Source: an uncultured Dehalococcoidales bacterium (GTDB lineage: Bacteria > Chloroflexota > Dehalococcoidia > GIF9 > UBA5629). Taken from it: a DNA stretch of 46,304 bases. The first letter of the stretch is position 1; each line of letters opens with the position of its first letter. The stretch spans positions 1-46,304 of the forward strand of contig CAZTRR010000003.1 of NCBI GenBank assembly GCA_964616785.1, read 5' to 3'. Below are positions 17,550 to 27,257 of this stretch, one piece after another. A program made the translations under genes and the position numbers. The notes beneath the pieces are model-generated. The model searched no databases, was not told where the DNA came from, and saw nothing but the letters and a program-made list of their open reading frames with translations.

Positions 17550-18392
17550 ATGACAATCAAAGTTGTTACCGACAGTTGTTCGGACATTACACAGCAGGAA
17601 GCCAGGCGGTTGGGCATCATCGTGGTACCGGCGTATGTTCATTTCGGTGAAGAGGTCTATCGCGATGGAGTCGACATAGATAGCGACGAGTTCTATCATA
17701 AGATGGTGACCAGCCCGGTTCACCCTTCCACGGCAGCACCATCACCAGGAGATTTCACCAAGGCCTATCAACAGGCAGCTCAGGAAGCCAACGAGATTGT
17801 CTCTATTCATGTCACGAAGAAGCATAGCGCTGTCTACGACGCAGCACTCGTCGCCAAGGAGCTCGCACAAAACGAAGGATGTCGAATCGCAGTCATCGAT
17901 TCCCGAGGTGTGACGATGTGGCAAGGTCTCGTTGCTATAGCGGCAGCCAAAGCCGCCGAAGCTGGATGCAGCCTACAGCAGGTGGTAACCGAAGTCCATG
18001 AGACTATTGGGCAACTGCGTGCTCTGGCACTTCTGGACACTCTGAAGTACGCGGTCAAGGGCGGGCGTCTCAGCAGCACTCTTCTTTCAATAGAATCGCG
18101 CGTCAACGTGAAGCCGCTAATTCATTTGCGCAATGGCGAGGTCCGCCCCGCCGGGCTGGCACGTACCCGGAGTAAAGGAATAGGCCGACTCCGCCAATTC
18201 GCCAGGTCAGCAGTCGACATCAAAGACCTGGCTATAGCCCACAGCACCACCCCCCACGATGCTCAGGCACTGGCTGACTACGTGAGTTCGCTTTTTCCCA
18301 ATATGGCACCGCGGATAGCAAGGTTGGGCCCAGCGCTGGGTGTCCACGCCGGTCCGGGGGCTCTAGTGATAGTCTTCAGGGAAGGGAGATAG
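17550..18392 (+). CDS. DegV-family fatty-acid-binding protein
   Basis: 280 aa with MTIKVVTDSCSD at the N-terminus and the DegV-typical layout (...STAAPSPGDF..., ...HSTTP...). Confidence 0.9.
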   Translation: MTIKVVTDSCSDITQQEARRLGIIVVPAYVHFGEEVYRDGVDIDSDEFYHKMVTSPVHPSTAAPSPGDFTKAYQQAAQEANEIVSIHVTKKHSAVYDAALVAKELAQNEGCRIAVIDSRGVTMWQGLVAIAAAKAAEAGCSLQQVVTEVHETIGQLRALALLDTLKYAVKGGRLSSTLLSIESRVNVKPLIHLRNGEVRPAGLARTRSKGIGRLRQFARSAVDIKDLAIAHSTTPHDAQALADYVSSLFPNMAPRIARLGPALGVHAGPGALVIVFREGR

Positions 18393-18435
18393 ACCCCACT
18401 CGGCGGTTGCAGCAGGTCTGATAAGGCGGTCAACT

Positions 18436-19269
18436 TCAGTGCCTTTTTCTCAGTAGCTCTTCTATCCCTTGAAGCAGCTTCTCGCTTTCATCGGCGCTAA
18501 GGCTGAGATTGCTTTCGAGCCTGTTCATATAGCTATCGATCTCCGGGAACCGCCCTCTATACTCGGCTATCTCTCGATTCTGTTCTGCCACCTCCTTATC
18601 GAGGTCTTGGAAATCGATGCCCAAGCGAAGATGCGCGTCAAGGAACCCTGCGGCTTTCCTCCAGGCTAAAGGATCGTTACCACCCGCCAGATAAAAAGGT
18701 ACCGGCACCCACAGGTTTGCCCCGGGGATATTCCTCCTCTTGGCGACCCACAGGAGAAAAGAACTCAGGGTTGGTCTTTGACCCGGCGGGGTCTCAAAAT
18801 CCCAGTCGGTGGTAACGCCATACTGCCTCAGTACCTCTTTCAATTCTGGCGAACTGGCTACAGCCAGTAACAGCCGTGGTGTAGTATGCGCGCTCAGAGA
18901 GACCATGCCGCCGATTGTGTATAGCACTTGCACCCTGCAAAAACGTTCAGCCACGTCTATGACCGAGTTGAGGAACTGGTACCACTCGGATCTCGGGGGG
19001 TTGCTTCTAAGAACCATCAGATTTCTCTCCCGTGACCAATAGAACTTGCTCTCTGGAAACTGCGCTACGTCCGCTTCTACGGAGACTCCATCCAGTGGAA
19101 AGAAGCCTACAGGGTCAATTTCAGCCATCTCCTGGCTTCCCAGTTTCCTGTTTAGATAGGCGACGACCTTCGGTCCGAGCTTGCCGGCATCTTCACTCCA
19201 AGCCACCACCAGAGATGAGCTGCGCAGCTCCCCTCTTGCCGGTGTTTTGATAAGCTCTGCTTCACTCAA
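18436..19269 (-). CDS. PAC2-family (proteasome assembly chaperone-like) protein, divergent paralogue B
   Basis: TTG start, with GGTGGAGAG SD, 2 nt after the stop of paralogue A. It aligns by eye with paralogue A (FP.SKFY..., ...Y(T)(S/I)GG..., helical C-terminus), but the PGIGNVG motif reads SEDAGKLG. Confidence 0.7.
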   Translation of the reverse strand: MSEAELIKTPARGELRSSSLVVAWSEDAGKLGPKVVAYLNRKLGSQEMAEIDPVGFFPLDGVSVEADVAQFPESKFYWSRERNLMVLRSNPPRSEWYQFLNSVIDVAERFCRVQVLYTIGGMVSLSAHTTPRLLLAVASSPELKEVLRQYGVTTDWDFETPPGQRPTLSSFLLWVAKRRNIPGANLWVPVPFYLAGGNDPLAWRKAAGFLDAHLRLGIDFQDLDKEVAEQNREIAEYRGRFPEIDSYMNRLESNLSLSADESEKLLQGIEELLRKRH

Positions 19270-19271
19270 TT

Positions 19272-20183
19272 CTACTCTCCACCTGGTTCTTTCTTAAAAA
19301 GCTTATCAATGTCCTGCACGATCCTCCTCTTGTCCTCCTCAGTTATAGGCTCTTGCCCGACAGGTTCAGCACCGGCCACACGTTTCAACCTATCGAGCTG
19401 TTCCCGTATCTCCGAAGGCAGCTTCTCATACAGGCCCTCAAGCTCTCTCTCGCTGCGTTCAACGAGTTCGCTGATTTCTTCCATCTTGACTTCAATCCCC
19501 AAAGCAGTACCCAACACCTCCAGAACCGACCTTGACCCCTTTGGGTAGGGAAGGGGGAAACCCTGAAGATAAATCGGTATCTCACCCATTACACAGATAG
19601 CCTCCAGACCTCTCTTCCTGGCAACTCCCAGCAAGAGCCCGTTCAAACCAGTGATATTGCCTTGTCCACCCAAGCCCTCGATGTCTGACATCAGCACTGT
19701 ATTCTCATAGCTTCTCACTTCATCGATTAAGTCCTCGCTATTAGGTGCCACCCAGACTCTCGACCTCGCCGTATGATGGATAGGAGCGACGGCTGCTCCC
19801 GATGTGTAGGCTCTCCGACATCCAAACTTCACTGCCACATCTAGCACAAGATTTGCCATTCGGTAGGCCTTTGTACCTTCGGCGTAGGCCGTCCCTCCCG
19901 CAGTTGGCTGTTCCTGGGCGACAAACAACATCAAGTCCCTTTTTTCAGTTCTGCTGAAATAGAACTTATTACTGGGGAACTCCAGACCTTCCAACTCCCC
20001 GTTTCTGATGACAACCTTCCTGGGATAGAAGAAGTCCCATGGCTCAATTTCGCCGAACTCCTCTGCATCCAACATTCGCCTGAGAGCGTCGACCGCCATT
20101 ATTCCGACGTTACCGATTCCCGGCCAGCAGGCTATCAAGACCGGATCATTGAGCTCGGGTTCCTTCCAGAGTCTAATTCCCAT
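19272..20183 (-). CDS. PAC2-family (PbaA/PbaB-like) protein, paralogue A
   Basis: I set the start at ATG 20181-20183, overlapping the sixA stop (TAATG). The PVLIACWPGIGNVGIMAVDAL motif is typical of archaeal and bacterial PAC2 proteins. It has a coiled-coil C-terminus. Confidence 0.8.
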   Translation of the reverse strand: MGIRLWKEPELNDPVLIACWPGIGNVGIMAVDALRRMLDAEEFGEIEPWDFFYPRKVVIRNGELEGLEFPSNKFYFSRTEKRDLMLFVAQEQPTAGGTAYAEGTKAYRMANLVLDVAVKFGCRRAYTSGAAVAPIHHTARSRVWVAPNSEDLIDEVRSYENTVLMSDIEGLGGQGNITGLNGLLLGVARKRGLEAICVMGEIPIYLQGFPLPYPKGSRSVLEVLGTALGIEVKMEEISELVERSERELEGLYEKLPSEIREQLDRLKRVAGAEPVGQEPITEEDKRRIVQDIDKLFKKEPGGE

Positions 20184-20680
20184 TAGTCTCTCTTTCTTCC
20201 GGCTCTGGCCTGACCCGCCTGCCGAGCAAGAAAAGGAGCAAGGGCCCAGTCTACTGCCCAACTCTCACCGCTCTTGGCAAGGCAGACCACACCTCCCATC
20301 CTGAAGTTCACGATCTCTTTCTCCGGCTCGCCCAGGATAAGCAGAGACGCCAACCTCTTCAAATGTGGCAGGTGGCCTACAATCATGAGTGATTCTTCAG
20401 CTTGCAAGATCAACTCCTTCACCCTGTGGAGGTCATCCAAAGGTCCAAGACCGTCCTGTTCAGCAATACCCTGAAACGGCGTAAGTTGTTGAGCAAAGAG
20501 CTCCGCTGTCTGCTTCGCCCTCAGCTTACCGGAGTGAAGAATCCGAACAACCTCTATTCCCAGCTCGGCCACACAACAAGCCACTGTCTCGACTTCCTCT
20601 TTGGCCCTATCAGTCAAAGGCCGCGACGGGTCTTCCATCTCGGATTTGGATTCACCGTGCTGCACCAAATACAGTTCCAT
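20183..20680 (-). CDS. sixA: SixA-like histidine phosphatase-superfamily protein
   Basis: MELYLVQHGESKSE...RPLTDRAKEE...ILHSGKLRAKQTAE. It has about the length of SixA (165 aa). SD GGGAGGGG lies upstream. The RHG motif reads QHG. Confidence 0.75.
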   Translation of the reverse strand: MELYLVQHGESKSEMEDPSRPLTDRAKEEVETVACCVAELGIEVVRILHSGKLRAKQTAELFAQQLTPFQGIAEQDGLGPLDDLHRVKELILQAEESLMIVGHLPHLKRLASLLILGEPEKEIVNFRMGGVVCLAKSGESWAVDWALAPFLARQAGQARAGRKRD

Positions 20681-20917
20681 CTACTGCCCCTCCCGAGTCC
20701 AGCTCCGCACTCGCGATAAGTATAGCACACGGCTGTAACTACTTTAAGTCAGCCGCCAAGAACACCGAGTCCCACACCCATCGTTGCGCCCCACACAGGT
20801 AATCATGCCAAACCCCTGGAAATGCCAGACACTGTAACATTTTGGAATGAGCAGCTGATGAAGGGCAAACTGCACAGCGTGGCTAAGCTTACCGCCCCGC
20901 ATATTAGATTCGCAGCC

Positions 20918-20946
20918 TTTACAATCTGCCTGCTGCGGGCTATAAT
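20918..20946 (+). promoter_or_regulatory. Near-consensus sigma70 promoter positioned for a leaderless cca transcript
   Basis: TTTACA (20918-20923), 17-nt spacer, TATAAT (20941-20946). The ATG at 20955 is only 8 nt past the -10 element, with no SD. Confidence 0.55.
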
Positions 20947-20954
20947 CTGGGGCA

Positions 20955-22439
20955 ATGCCTGCTATCAAGCCAGAGCTACTTGCTCTCCTGTCCAGGGTGT
21001 CCGCTATATTGACCCAGCACAATTGCCAGGCTTATGTAGTTGGTGGGTTTGTCCGTGACTGGCTGCTGGGCAAAGAGACGGCCGACATCGACCTTGCAGT
21101 CAGCGTAGATGCCCCGAGGATAGCTCGGGAAGTGGCTGAAGCCTTTGACGCCAAGTACCTGTTGCTGGATGAAGACAACAGGGTGGCCAGGGTGGTGGTG
21201 ACCGAAGGGGAGCAGTCGCGGCATCTGGACTTTGCCTCTTTCTTGAGCAATATCGAAAATGACCTGGCGCGGCGAGACCTGACCATAGACGCTATGGCAG
21301 TGGAGCTTCGAGGCTTGGCCTCTGGTGTGCCCCAGGTTATTGACCCGTTCTGTGGAGAAAGAGATTTGGAGATGGGAGTGGTGCGGGCGGTAAGCCAGCG
21401 GATTTTTGAGGAGGATGCGGCCAGGTTGCTCCGGGCAGTAAGGTTATCTGCAGAGCTAGGTTTTGAAATCGAAACGACGACCGAAAGCCTGATTCGGCAG
21501 AACTGCCGCTTGGCCAAGTTGGTGCCTGGTGAGAGATTGCGAGAGGACTTGCTTAGGCTGCTGGCTTTGCCCGGTTCCGCTGATTCGGTGCGCTATTTGG
21601 ACGAGTTGGGGCTACTGACCGAGGTGATTCCTGAGATGGAGGAATTGAAAGGGGTGAAACAACCGAAAGAGCACTACTGGGACGTCTTCAACCACTCTGT
21701 GGAGACGATGGCCAGCGTTGAGTTTGTGCTGAGGGAAGCCCAATGGAAATATGGCAAAAGCGACCTGTTAGCGGTGAGTCCCTGGTCGGAGGAGATGTAT
21801 CAGCATTTCCAAGAGGAAGTCTCCAGCGGCAGTACTCGGAAGTCGTTGCTTAAGCTCGGTGGATTGCTGCATGACATCGCCAAGCCAGCAGCCAAGACAA
21901 TTGATGAAACAGGCAAAATGCGTTTTCTGGGGCATGCCAAACAAGGGGTGCCTATCGCGACAGCCATCCTGGGAAGACTACGGTTCAGCAGCCGGGAGAT
22001 AAGACTGGTGGAAAAACTGGTCTACCACCACCTTCGTCCAGCCCAGATGGCGAATGACGGTTTGCCTACCAGCCGGGCTATCTATCGCTACTTTCGCGAT
22101 ACTGAGGACGCTGGCATCGATATCCTGTTCCTGGCCCTGGCTGATTACTTGGCTACTCATGGTCCCCGACTCGATATCGAGGAATGGCAGCAGCACAATC
22201 ATTTGATAAGCTATATTCTGGCTGAGCATTTCAACCAGCAGGCTGAAATCCTGCCGGTCAAACTGATTGATGGAAACGACCTGATGGATGCTTTCGGTTT
22301 GAGCCCAGGCCCCCTGATTGGCGAACTCCTGACCGAGGTACGTGAGGCTCAGGCCGCCGACGAACTGAGCACGAGGGAAGAGGCACTAGGTTTCGTGCGC
22401 AAGAAACTGGAGAGGCGATGCTGTGGTGTGGGTTCTTAG
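20955..22439 (+). CDS. cca: tRNA nucleotidyltransferase (CCA-adding enzyme family) with C-terminal HD domain
   Basis: YVVGGFVRDWLLGKETADIDLAV head domain, RRDLTIDAM, and the HD region LGGLLHDIAKP. Confidence 0.85.
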   Translation: MPAIKPELLALLSRVSAILTQHNCQAYVVGGFVRDWLLGKETADIDLAVSVDAPRIAREVAEAFDAKYLLLDEDNRVARVVVTEGEQSRHLDFASFLSNIENDLARRDLTIDAMAVELRGLASGVPQVIDPFCGERDLEMGVVRAVSQRIFEEDAARLLRAVRLSAELGFEIETTTESLIRQNCRLAKLVPGERLREDLLRLLALPGSADSVRYLDELGLLTEVIPEMEELKGVKQPKEHYWDVFNHSVETMASVEFVLREAQWKYGKSDLLAVSPWSEEMYQHFQEEVSSGSTRKSLLKLGGLLHDIAKPAAKTIDETGKMRFLGHAKQGVPIATAILGRLRFSSREIRLVEKLVYHHLRPAQMANDGLPTSRAIYRYFRDTEDAGIDILFLALADYLATHGPRLDIEEWQQHNHLISYILAEHFNQQAEILPVKLIDGNDLMDAFGLSPGPLIGELLTEVREAQAADELSTREEALGFVRKKLERRCCGVGS

Positions 22440-22489
22440 GGAGAGGAGGCGAAGCTAAAGCACAGCGCTACATATTTGTTATGTGTCGA

Positions 22490-22555
22490 AATGTAGTGCA
22501 CCCTTCTAAGGTCGCCTGGTACAGTTCAGCGAGGCTGAAGCCTCGTACTACAGTG
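22490..22555. repeat. Two opposed REP-like hairpin units between cca and secD
   Basis: TGTAGTGCACCCTTCTAAGGTCGCC (22492-22516), an imperfect stem. GCGAGGC-TGAA-GCCTCGT+ACTACA (22529-22552). Confidence 0.7.
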
Positions 22556-22583
22556 ATGAATATTGTGTGGGATGGCTAGTTAA

Positions 22584-23903
22584 TTGGCAAGAGGAAACAC
22601 CTGGCTGCTCATTCTTATAGTGCTTCTTTTCGGCACGGCCCTATGGGCGGTAGTGCCATTGGATAGCGAAAGACTGGGCAGGCAAGGGCTGACACTTGGA
22701 CTTGATCTGAAGGGTGGCAGCCACTTGGTTTATGAGGCTGACCTGTCGCAAAAGGACCCGTCACAAAGCGATAATGACGCCATGCGAGGCGTGCTGGACA
22801 AGATCGAGCGGCGTGTCAATGCTTATGGTGTCACCGAACCGATAATCCAGCGCCAGGGCCATGACCGAATCCTGGTCCAGCTCCCCGGAGTGAGGGATGT
22901 CGATGAGGCTGTCAGGCTTATCGGGCAGACGGCTGAGCTTGATTTTAGAGAGGTGGAGCTTGATGAGACGGGTCAAGCGGTGCTTGATGAGGAAGGTAGA
23001 CAGCAGTGGGCGAAGGCTACGGCTACCGGCAGCGATGGACAGGAAAAGCACCTTACCGGTAAATACCTCAAGCCTAATGCCAGCGTGGTTCTGGCCCCGC
23101 AGACCAATGAACCTGAAGTAGCTTTTGAGTGGAATGGGGAAGGGGCGGTCCTTTTTGAGCAGATCACTGAGCGCAACCTGCAGAAACCTCTGGGTATATT
23201 CCTGGATGAGCAGCTCATCTCGGCCCCTACGGTCCAGGCAGTCATCAAGGAGAAGGGGGTCATCACTGGCCTGGATTTGGAGGAGGCGAGGCTGCTAGCC
23301 ATACAGCTTAATTCCGGCTCGCTGGATGTGCCGCTGAAGGTCATTCAAGAGCAGGACGTGGATGCCACTCTGGGGGCAGACTCTATTGAAAAGAGCCTCG
23401 TCGCTGGAGCAATTGGCCTGGCATTAATAGTGTTGTTCATGCTTCTTTATTATCGCGTGTCTGGCTTGGTGGCTACTTGCGCCCTAGTCGTTTACGGTGT
23501 TCTGTTGGCAGCGATTTTCAAAATGATCCCGATAACTCTGACGTTGCCTGGCATAGCGGCTTTGATTCTGTCTATAGGTATGGCGGTGGACGCGAACGTG
23601 CTTATCTTTGAGCGGATGAAGGAAGAACTCCGGTCAGGGCGTACTCTGGGTGCTGCGGTTGAAGTCGGCTTCAACCGCGCTTGGCCAGCTATCCGCGATA
23701 GCAATATCACTACCTTCATCGCCTGTATTGTTCTTTATTGGTTTGGCGGGACTCTGGGGGCGTTTATGGTCAGGGGTTTTGCCCTGACCCTGTTTATCGG
23801 TGTAGCGTTGAGTATGTTTTCAGCAATCATAGTCACGCGGACGTTCCTGCGCATTGTAATTCGTGCGGTGACTAGCCGGCCAGCCTACGGAGTTCAGAAA
23901 TGA
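22584..23903 (+). CDS. secD: Protein translocase subunit SecD
   Basis: TTG start immediately after an in-frame TAA. N-terminal TM helix, periplasmic domain (LGLDLKGG, ...GQTAELDFREV), and a C-terminal 5-TM bundle with SIGMAVDANVLIFERMKEE. Confidence 0.9.
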   Translation: MARGNTWLLILIVLLFGTALWAVVPLDSERLGRQGLTLGLDLKGGSHLVYEADLSQKDPSQSDNDAMRGVLDKIERRVNAYGVTEPIIQRQGHDRILVQLPGVRDVDEAVRLIGQTAELDFREVELDETGQAVLDEEGRQQWAKATATGSDGQEKHLTGKYLKPNASVVLAPQTNEPEVAFEWNGEGAVLFEQITERNLQKPLGIFLDEQLISAPTVQAVIKEKGVITGLDLEEARLLAIQLNSGSLDVPLKVIQEQDVDATLGADSIEKSLVAGAIGLALIVLFMLLYYRVSGLVATCALVVYGVLLAAIFKMIPITLTLPGIAALILSIGMAVDANVLIFERMKEELRSGRTLGAAVEVGFNRAWPAIRDSNITTFIACIVLYWFGGTLGAFMVRGFALTLFIGVALSMFSAIIVTRTFLRIVIRAVTSRPAYGVQK

Positions 23904-24820
23904 TGGATATTGTAGGCAAGAGATTCTGGTTCTTCCTCATATCGGCGGTGGTAATCATCCCCGGCATAGTCTCGTTGGCCATCTTTGGGCTTGAGCTGGG
24001 GGTTGACTTCAGCAGCGGTACCACGATGACGCTTCGGTTTGATGCTGAAGTTGAACAAGGCCAGTTGCGCCAGGTACTGGCTGATTCGGGTTATGACGAG
24101 GCGATGATTCAACGTACAGGTGAGGGAGATTTCCTTGTCCGTACTAGGCAGATATCCTCTGGTGAAAGGCAAGAACTGACCAGCGCTCTCGAAGCGGACC
24201 TCAATGTCGAAGTGACTGTGCGTGATTCTTATACTGTGTCTCCGATCATAGCCACTGAGACTGGGCGCAATGCAGCTATCGCTGTAGGGATTGCTGCCGT
24301 TTTCATGTTGCTCTATATTGCCTGGGCATTTCGCCGTATGCCTAGACCATTTCGCTGGGGGATCTGTGCCATTGTAGCACTGGCTCACGATATACTGGTG
24401 GTCATGGGCATTTTCTCCATTCTAGGTTGGGTGGCTGGAGTCCAGATTGACGCCTTGTTTATCACCGGCATGCTTACGGTTGTGGGCTATAGTGTCAATA
24501 ACACCGTCGTTGTCTTTGACCGGATTCGAGAGAATGTAAGCAAGGGCATAAGCAAAGACTTCGAAGTCACGGTGAACTCGAGTGTTCTGGAGACACTGGG
24601 GCGGTCTCTAAATACCAGCCTGACCACGCTCTTTGTTATTCTGGCCATCTTCCTTTTTGGTGGAGTCACCATCCACTATTTTGTTCTGGTGTTACTTATC
24701 GGTGTGGTCGCTGGCACCTACAGTTCTATGTGCATTGCTGGTCCACTGTTGGTGATTTGGGATAAGCGTGAGTGGGGTAGATTCTTTTCCTGGTTGCGGC
24801 CTGCCAAGAAGCCTGCCTAG
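23900..24820 (+). CDS. secF: Protein translocase subunit SecF
   Basis: ATGA overlap with secD. Motifs GVDFSSGT and GYSVNNTVVVFDRIREN. Confidence 0.9.
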   Translation: MMDIVGKRFWFFLISAVVIIPGIVSLAIFGLELGVDFSSGTTMTLRFDAEVEQGQLRQVLADSGYDEAMIQRTGEGDFLVRTRQISSGERQELTSALEADLNVEVTVRDSYTVSPIIATETGRNAAIAVGIAAVFMLLYIAWAFRRMPRPFRWGICAIVALAHDILVVMGIFSILGWVAGVQIDALFITGMLTVVGYSVNNTVVVFDRIRENVSKGISKDFEVTVNSSVLETLGRSLNTSLTTLFVILAIFLFGGVTIHYFVLVLLIGVVAGTYSSMCIAGPLLVIWDKREWGRFFSWLRPAKKPA

Positions 24821-24862
24821 AGCAGTCGACCGCCTCGAATTGCGTTGGCCAGCGTCCTGAGC

Positions 24863-25894
24863 CTATATCTGGTGGATGTCCCTCACCATTCTTATGAAGT
24901 TGTCGATGTTGACCGGCTTCGACTTTGCCTCTCGTCTGCCTAAAGGGTCAGTAATCTCGCGGTTTCCCAGAAGAACGTCAAGCGTGGCGCTTATAGACAA
25001 GGGCAATGCCTCGGGATGGTAACCGCCCTCCAGAGTGAAGACCAGACGTCCTTCGCATAGCATATCGGTAAGAGTTTTTATGATTTCCACTAAGCGGGCG
25101 AAGCCAGAGACACTCACCTGCATCAGCGCGATGCTGTCAGCCCAGTGAGCATCATAGCCGGCGGAGACGAGAATAAGTTGCGGCTCGAAACGTCTGGCGA
25201 TTGGCGCCAGGACATCTTCGAAGACTGCTTGGTATTCCTCGTCGCCCCAGCCAGCAATGAGAGGTACGTTAACGGTGAAGCCCTCGCCATCCCGAGCTCC
25301 AGTCTCGTCAACACTTCCAGTCCCCGGGTAAAACGGGTACTCGTGGGTGGAGAAGTAGACGACATGCGGGTCGGCATAAAAGGTGTCTTGCGTGCCGTTC
25401 CCGTGGTGAACATCAAAATCGACAATCAGAACCCGCTCGATATCGAAGTTGGCTAGAGCATATTTGGCAGCTATGGCTATGTTATTGAATAGGCAAAAGC
25501 CCATCGCCTGCCAGCAGGTGGCGTGGTGTCCCGGAGGTCTAACCAAGGCGAAGGCACTATCGACCCTTTTGGCCATCACAGCTTCAACTGCAGTCAAAGC
25601 GCCACCGGCAGCGTGGATAGCTGCGTCGTAGGATCTCTGTGACATTACAGTATCACCGTCGAGCCAGCCACCGCCTCTTTCGGCCTGGGCTTGAATGCGG
25701 GAAATGTATTCCTGAGCATGTACCGCTGACAGCTCATCTACTGTAGCTGGACGCGGCGAGAGCAAAACAAGCTTGTCTTTGAGCTGATTTTCCTCGAGGA
25801 GGGACATTGTGGCCCCTAGCCTCTGGGCGTTCTCAACGTGTGTGCCGGTGTCATGCTCCAAATAGACTGGGTCGTAGACCAAACCGACTCTCAT
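24863..25894 (-). CDS. Histone deacetylase-family (AcuC/AphA-like) deacetylase
   Basis: Motifs RPPGHHA, DFDVHHGNGTQ and the GGY motif (EGGYH). Confidence 0.9.
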   Translation of the reverse strand: MRVGLVYDPVYLEHDTGTHVENAQRLGATMSLLEENQLKDKLVLLSPRPATVDELSAVHAQEYISRIQAQAERGGGWLDGDTVMSQRSYDAAIHAAGGALTAVEAVMAKRVDSAFALVRPPGHHATCWQAMGFCLFNNIAIAAKYALANFDIERVLIVDFDVHHGNGTQDTFYADPHVVYFSTHEYPFYPGTGSVDETGARDGEGFTVNVPLIAGWGDEEYQAVFEDVLAPIARRFEPQLILVSAGYDAHWADSIALMQVSVSGFARLVEIIKTLTDMLCEGRLVFTLEGGYHPEALPLSISATLDVLLGNREITDPLGRREAKSKPVNIDNFIRMVRDIHQI

Positions 25895-26054
25895 GGTAGC
25901 CTAGTGTTCTTCGGGAGTTCTCAGGTCTTGAGGTGCTTATACGGCCTTATGATAGCAGAACGGGATAGTGCGAGCAATTGCTGGAGTTAGTCGGGTCTGG
26001 TGATGATTGTTCGGGGTTAAGCCTCGTGATATACTGGGGAACCGGGGGATCGCG

Positions 26055-27257
26055 ATGTCGCTGGACTTGACTCAATTGGTTGCTCAGGTTGAGGATTTGG
26101 CAGCCAGTCTGAAAACACGGGAGGGAGAGAGGCGAGCTAGACTTGTTTTCGCCCTGGAGACTCTCCAGTCTCCGGCCGCTGAACTGAATCACCTGGCACG
26201 GAAGATTGAAACGAGCAAGGCTACCTGGCTGGTGGCGGGGTTAAGGGAAAGGATTGATCTCCGTGAGCGAGCATCACGCTGCCCCGAGAATTGTATTGTC
26301 CTTGCGAGTGATGGTTCTCATATTGATGTTGACCGCCACCACTCTGCTCGTTGCTTCTTGATTAATATCGGCATTGCTCAACTTCAGTATGGTCGAAGCC
26401 CTGACGCCTGTCTTTCCACTTTGCCTCTCCTTTACTTCCAGGACGGCGAGGTCGCCATTTCATCTCCAGATGGTCGAGAGGTTCCAATAGAGGGCCAGCT
26501 TCTGGGAATAAAGCGCAGCGTTGAAGAATGTCGCTTATTGACTGAGCGGGCCAGGGAGGTACAAGCAGCCCTGCCCATCGTGGGGTTGCTCGATGGCTCG
26601 CTTATTCTATGGGGGCTGGCTGGACAAACTTATCCTGATTTCGTCCTTCATGAACTTCTGACGGATGGCCTCTTGAAACACCTTGATGTGCTAACAGAGC
26701 TTCACCGAAATAGGCAACTGGCTGTGGCAAGCTACGTCAGTTTTCCTCGGAGCACTGACGTGGTCAATGCATTGCGTCTCGCCATTTGCCCTCACCAGCC
26801 TGTAGATTGTGACCATTGTTGCGACGGTAAATCTGAGGGTAAGGAATGTGATGCTGTTGGCGGTCTGCTTGATCGTGACCTCTTCGGTCAGCTGTTGTCT
26901 TCCGGGGAACGGTCAGCTATATTCAGCAGTCGCTCTTCAGTGGTAAAGAAGCATTATGGAATTCACGAGGTCAATTTCTTCTATGTCAAGCTTGACGAGG
27001 AGGTAGCGCGGGTGGAGATTCCTCTTTGGGTGGCTGAGGAGAAGGAGTTGGTTGGACTGGTCCATTCGGTGATTTTGGACCAATGTCAGCGGGGACTGGG
27101 TTATCCCGTTGCCCTGAGTGAGGCTCACGAGAAAGCGGTGGTGACTGGTGGTGACCGTGAGCAGTTCTGGGGACTGGTGGAGCAGACGCTGGCCGAAAGC
27201 GGAATGTGGCTGGAGAGCTCAGCTAAACAGCAAAGCAAGAGAACGAGATGGATTTAG
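26055..27257 (+). CDS. NurA-domain nuclease
   Basis: I set the start at ATG 26055, with GGGGGA SD 6 nt upstream and an extended -10-like TGATATACT at 26027-26035. Motifs are LASDGSHIDVD, GLLDGSLILWG and the C-terminal GYPVALSEAHEKAVV. Confidence 0.75.
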   Translation: MSLDLTQLVAQVEDLAASLKTREGERRARLVFALETLQSPAAELNHLARKIETSKATWLVAGLRERIDLRERASRCPENCIVLASDGSHIDVDRHHSARCFLINIGIAQLQYGRSPDACLSTLPLLYFQDGEVAISSPDGREVPIEGQLLGIKRSVEECRLLTERAREVQAALPIVGLLDGSLILWGLAGQTYPDFVLHELLTDGLLKHLDVLTELHRNRQLAVASYVSFPRSTDVVNALRLAICPHQPVDCDHCCDGKSEGKECDAVGGLLDRDLFGQLLSSGERSAIFSSRSSVVKKHYGIHEVNFFYVKLDEEVARVEIPLWVAEEKELVGLVHSVILDQCQRGLGYPVALSEAHEKAVVTGGDREQFWGLVEQTLAESGMWLESSAKQQSKRTRWI

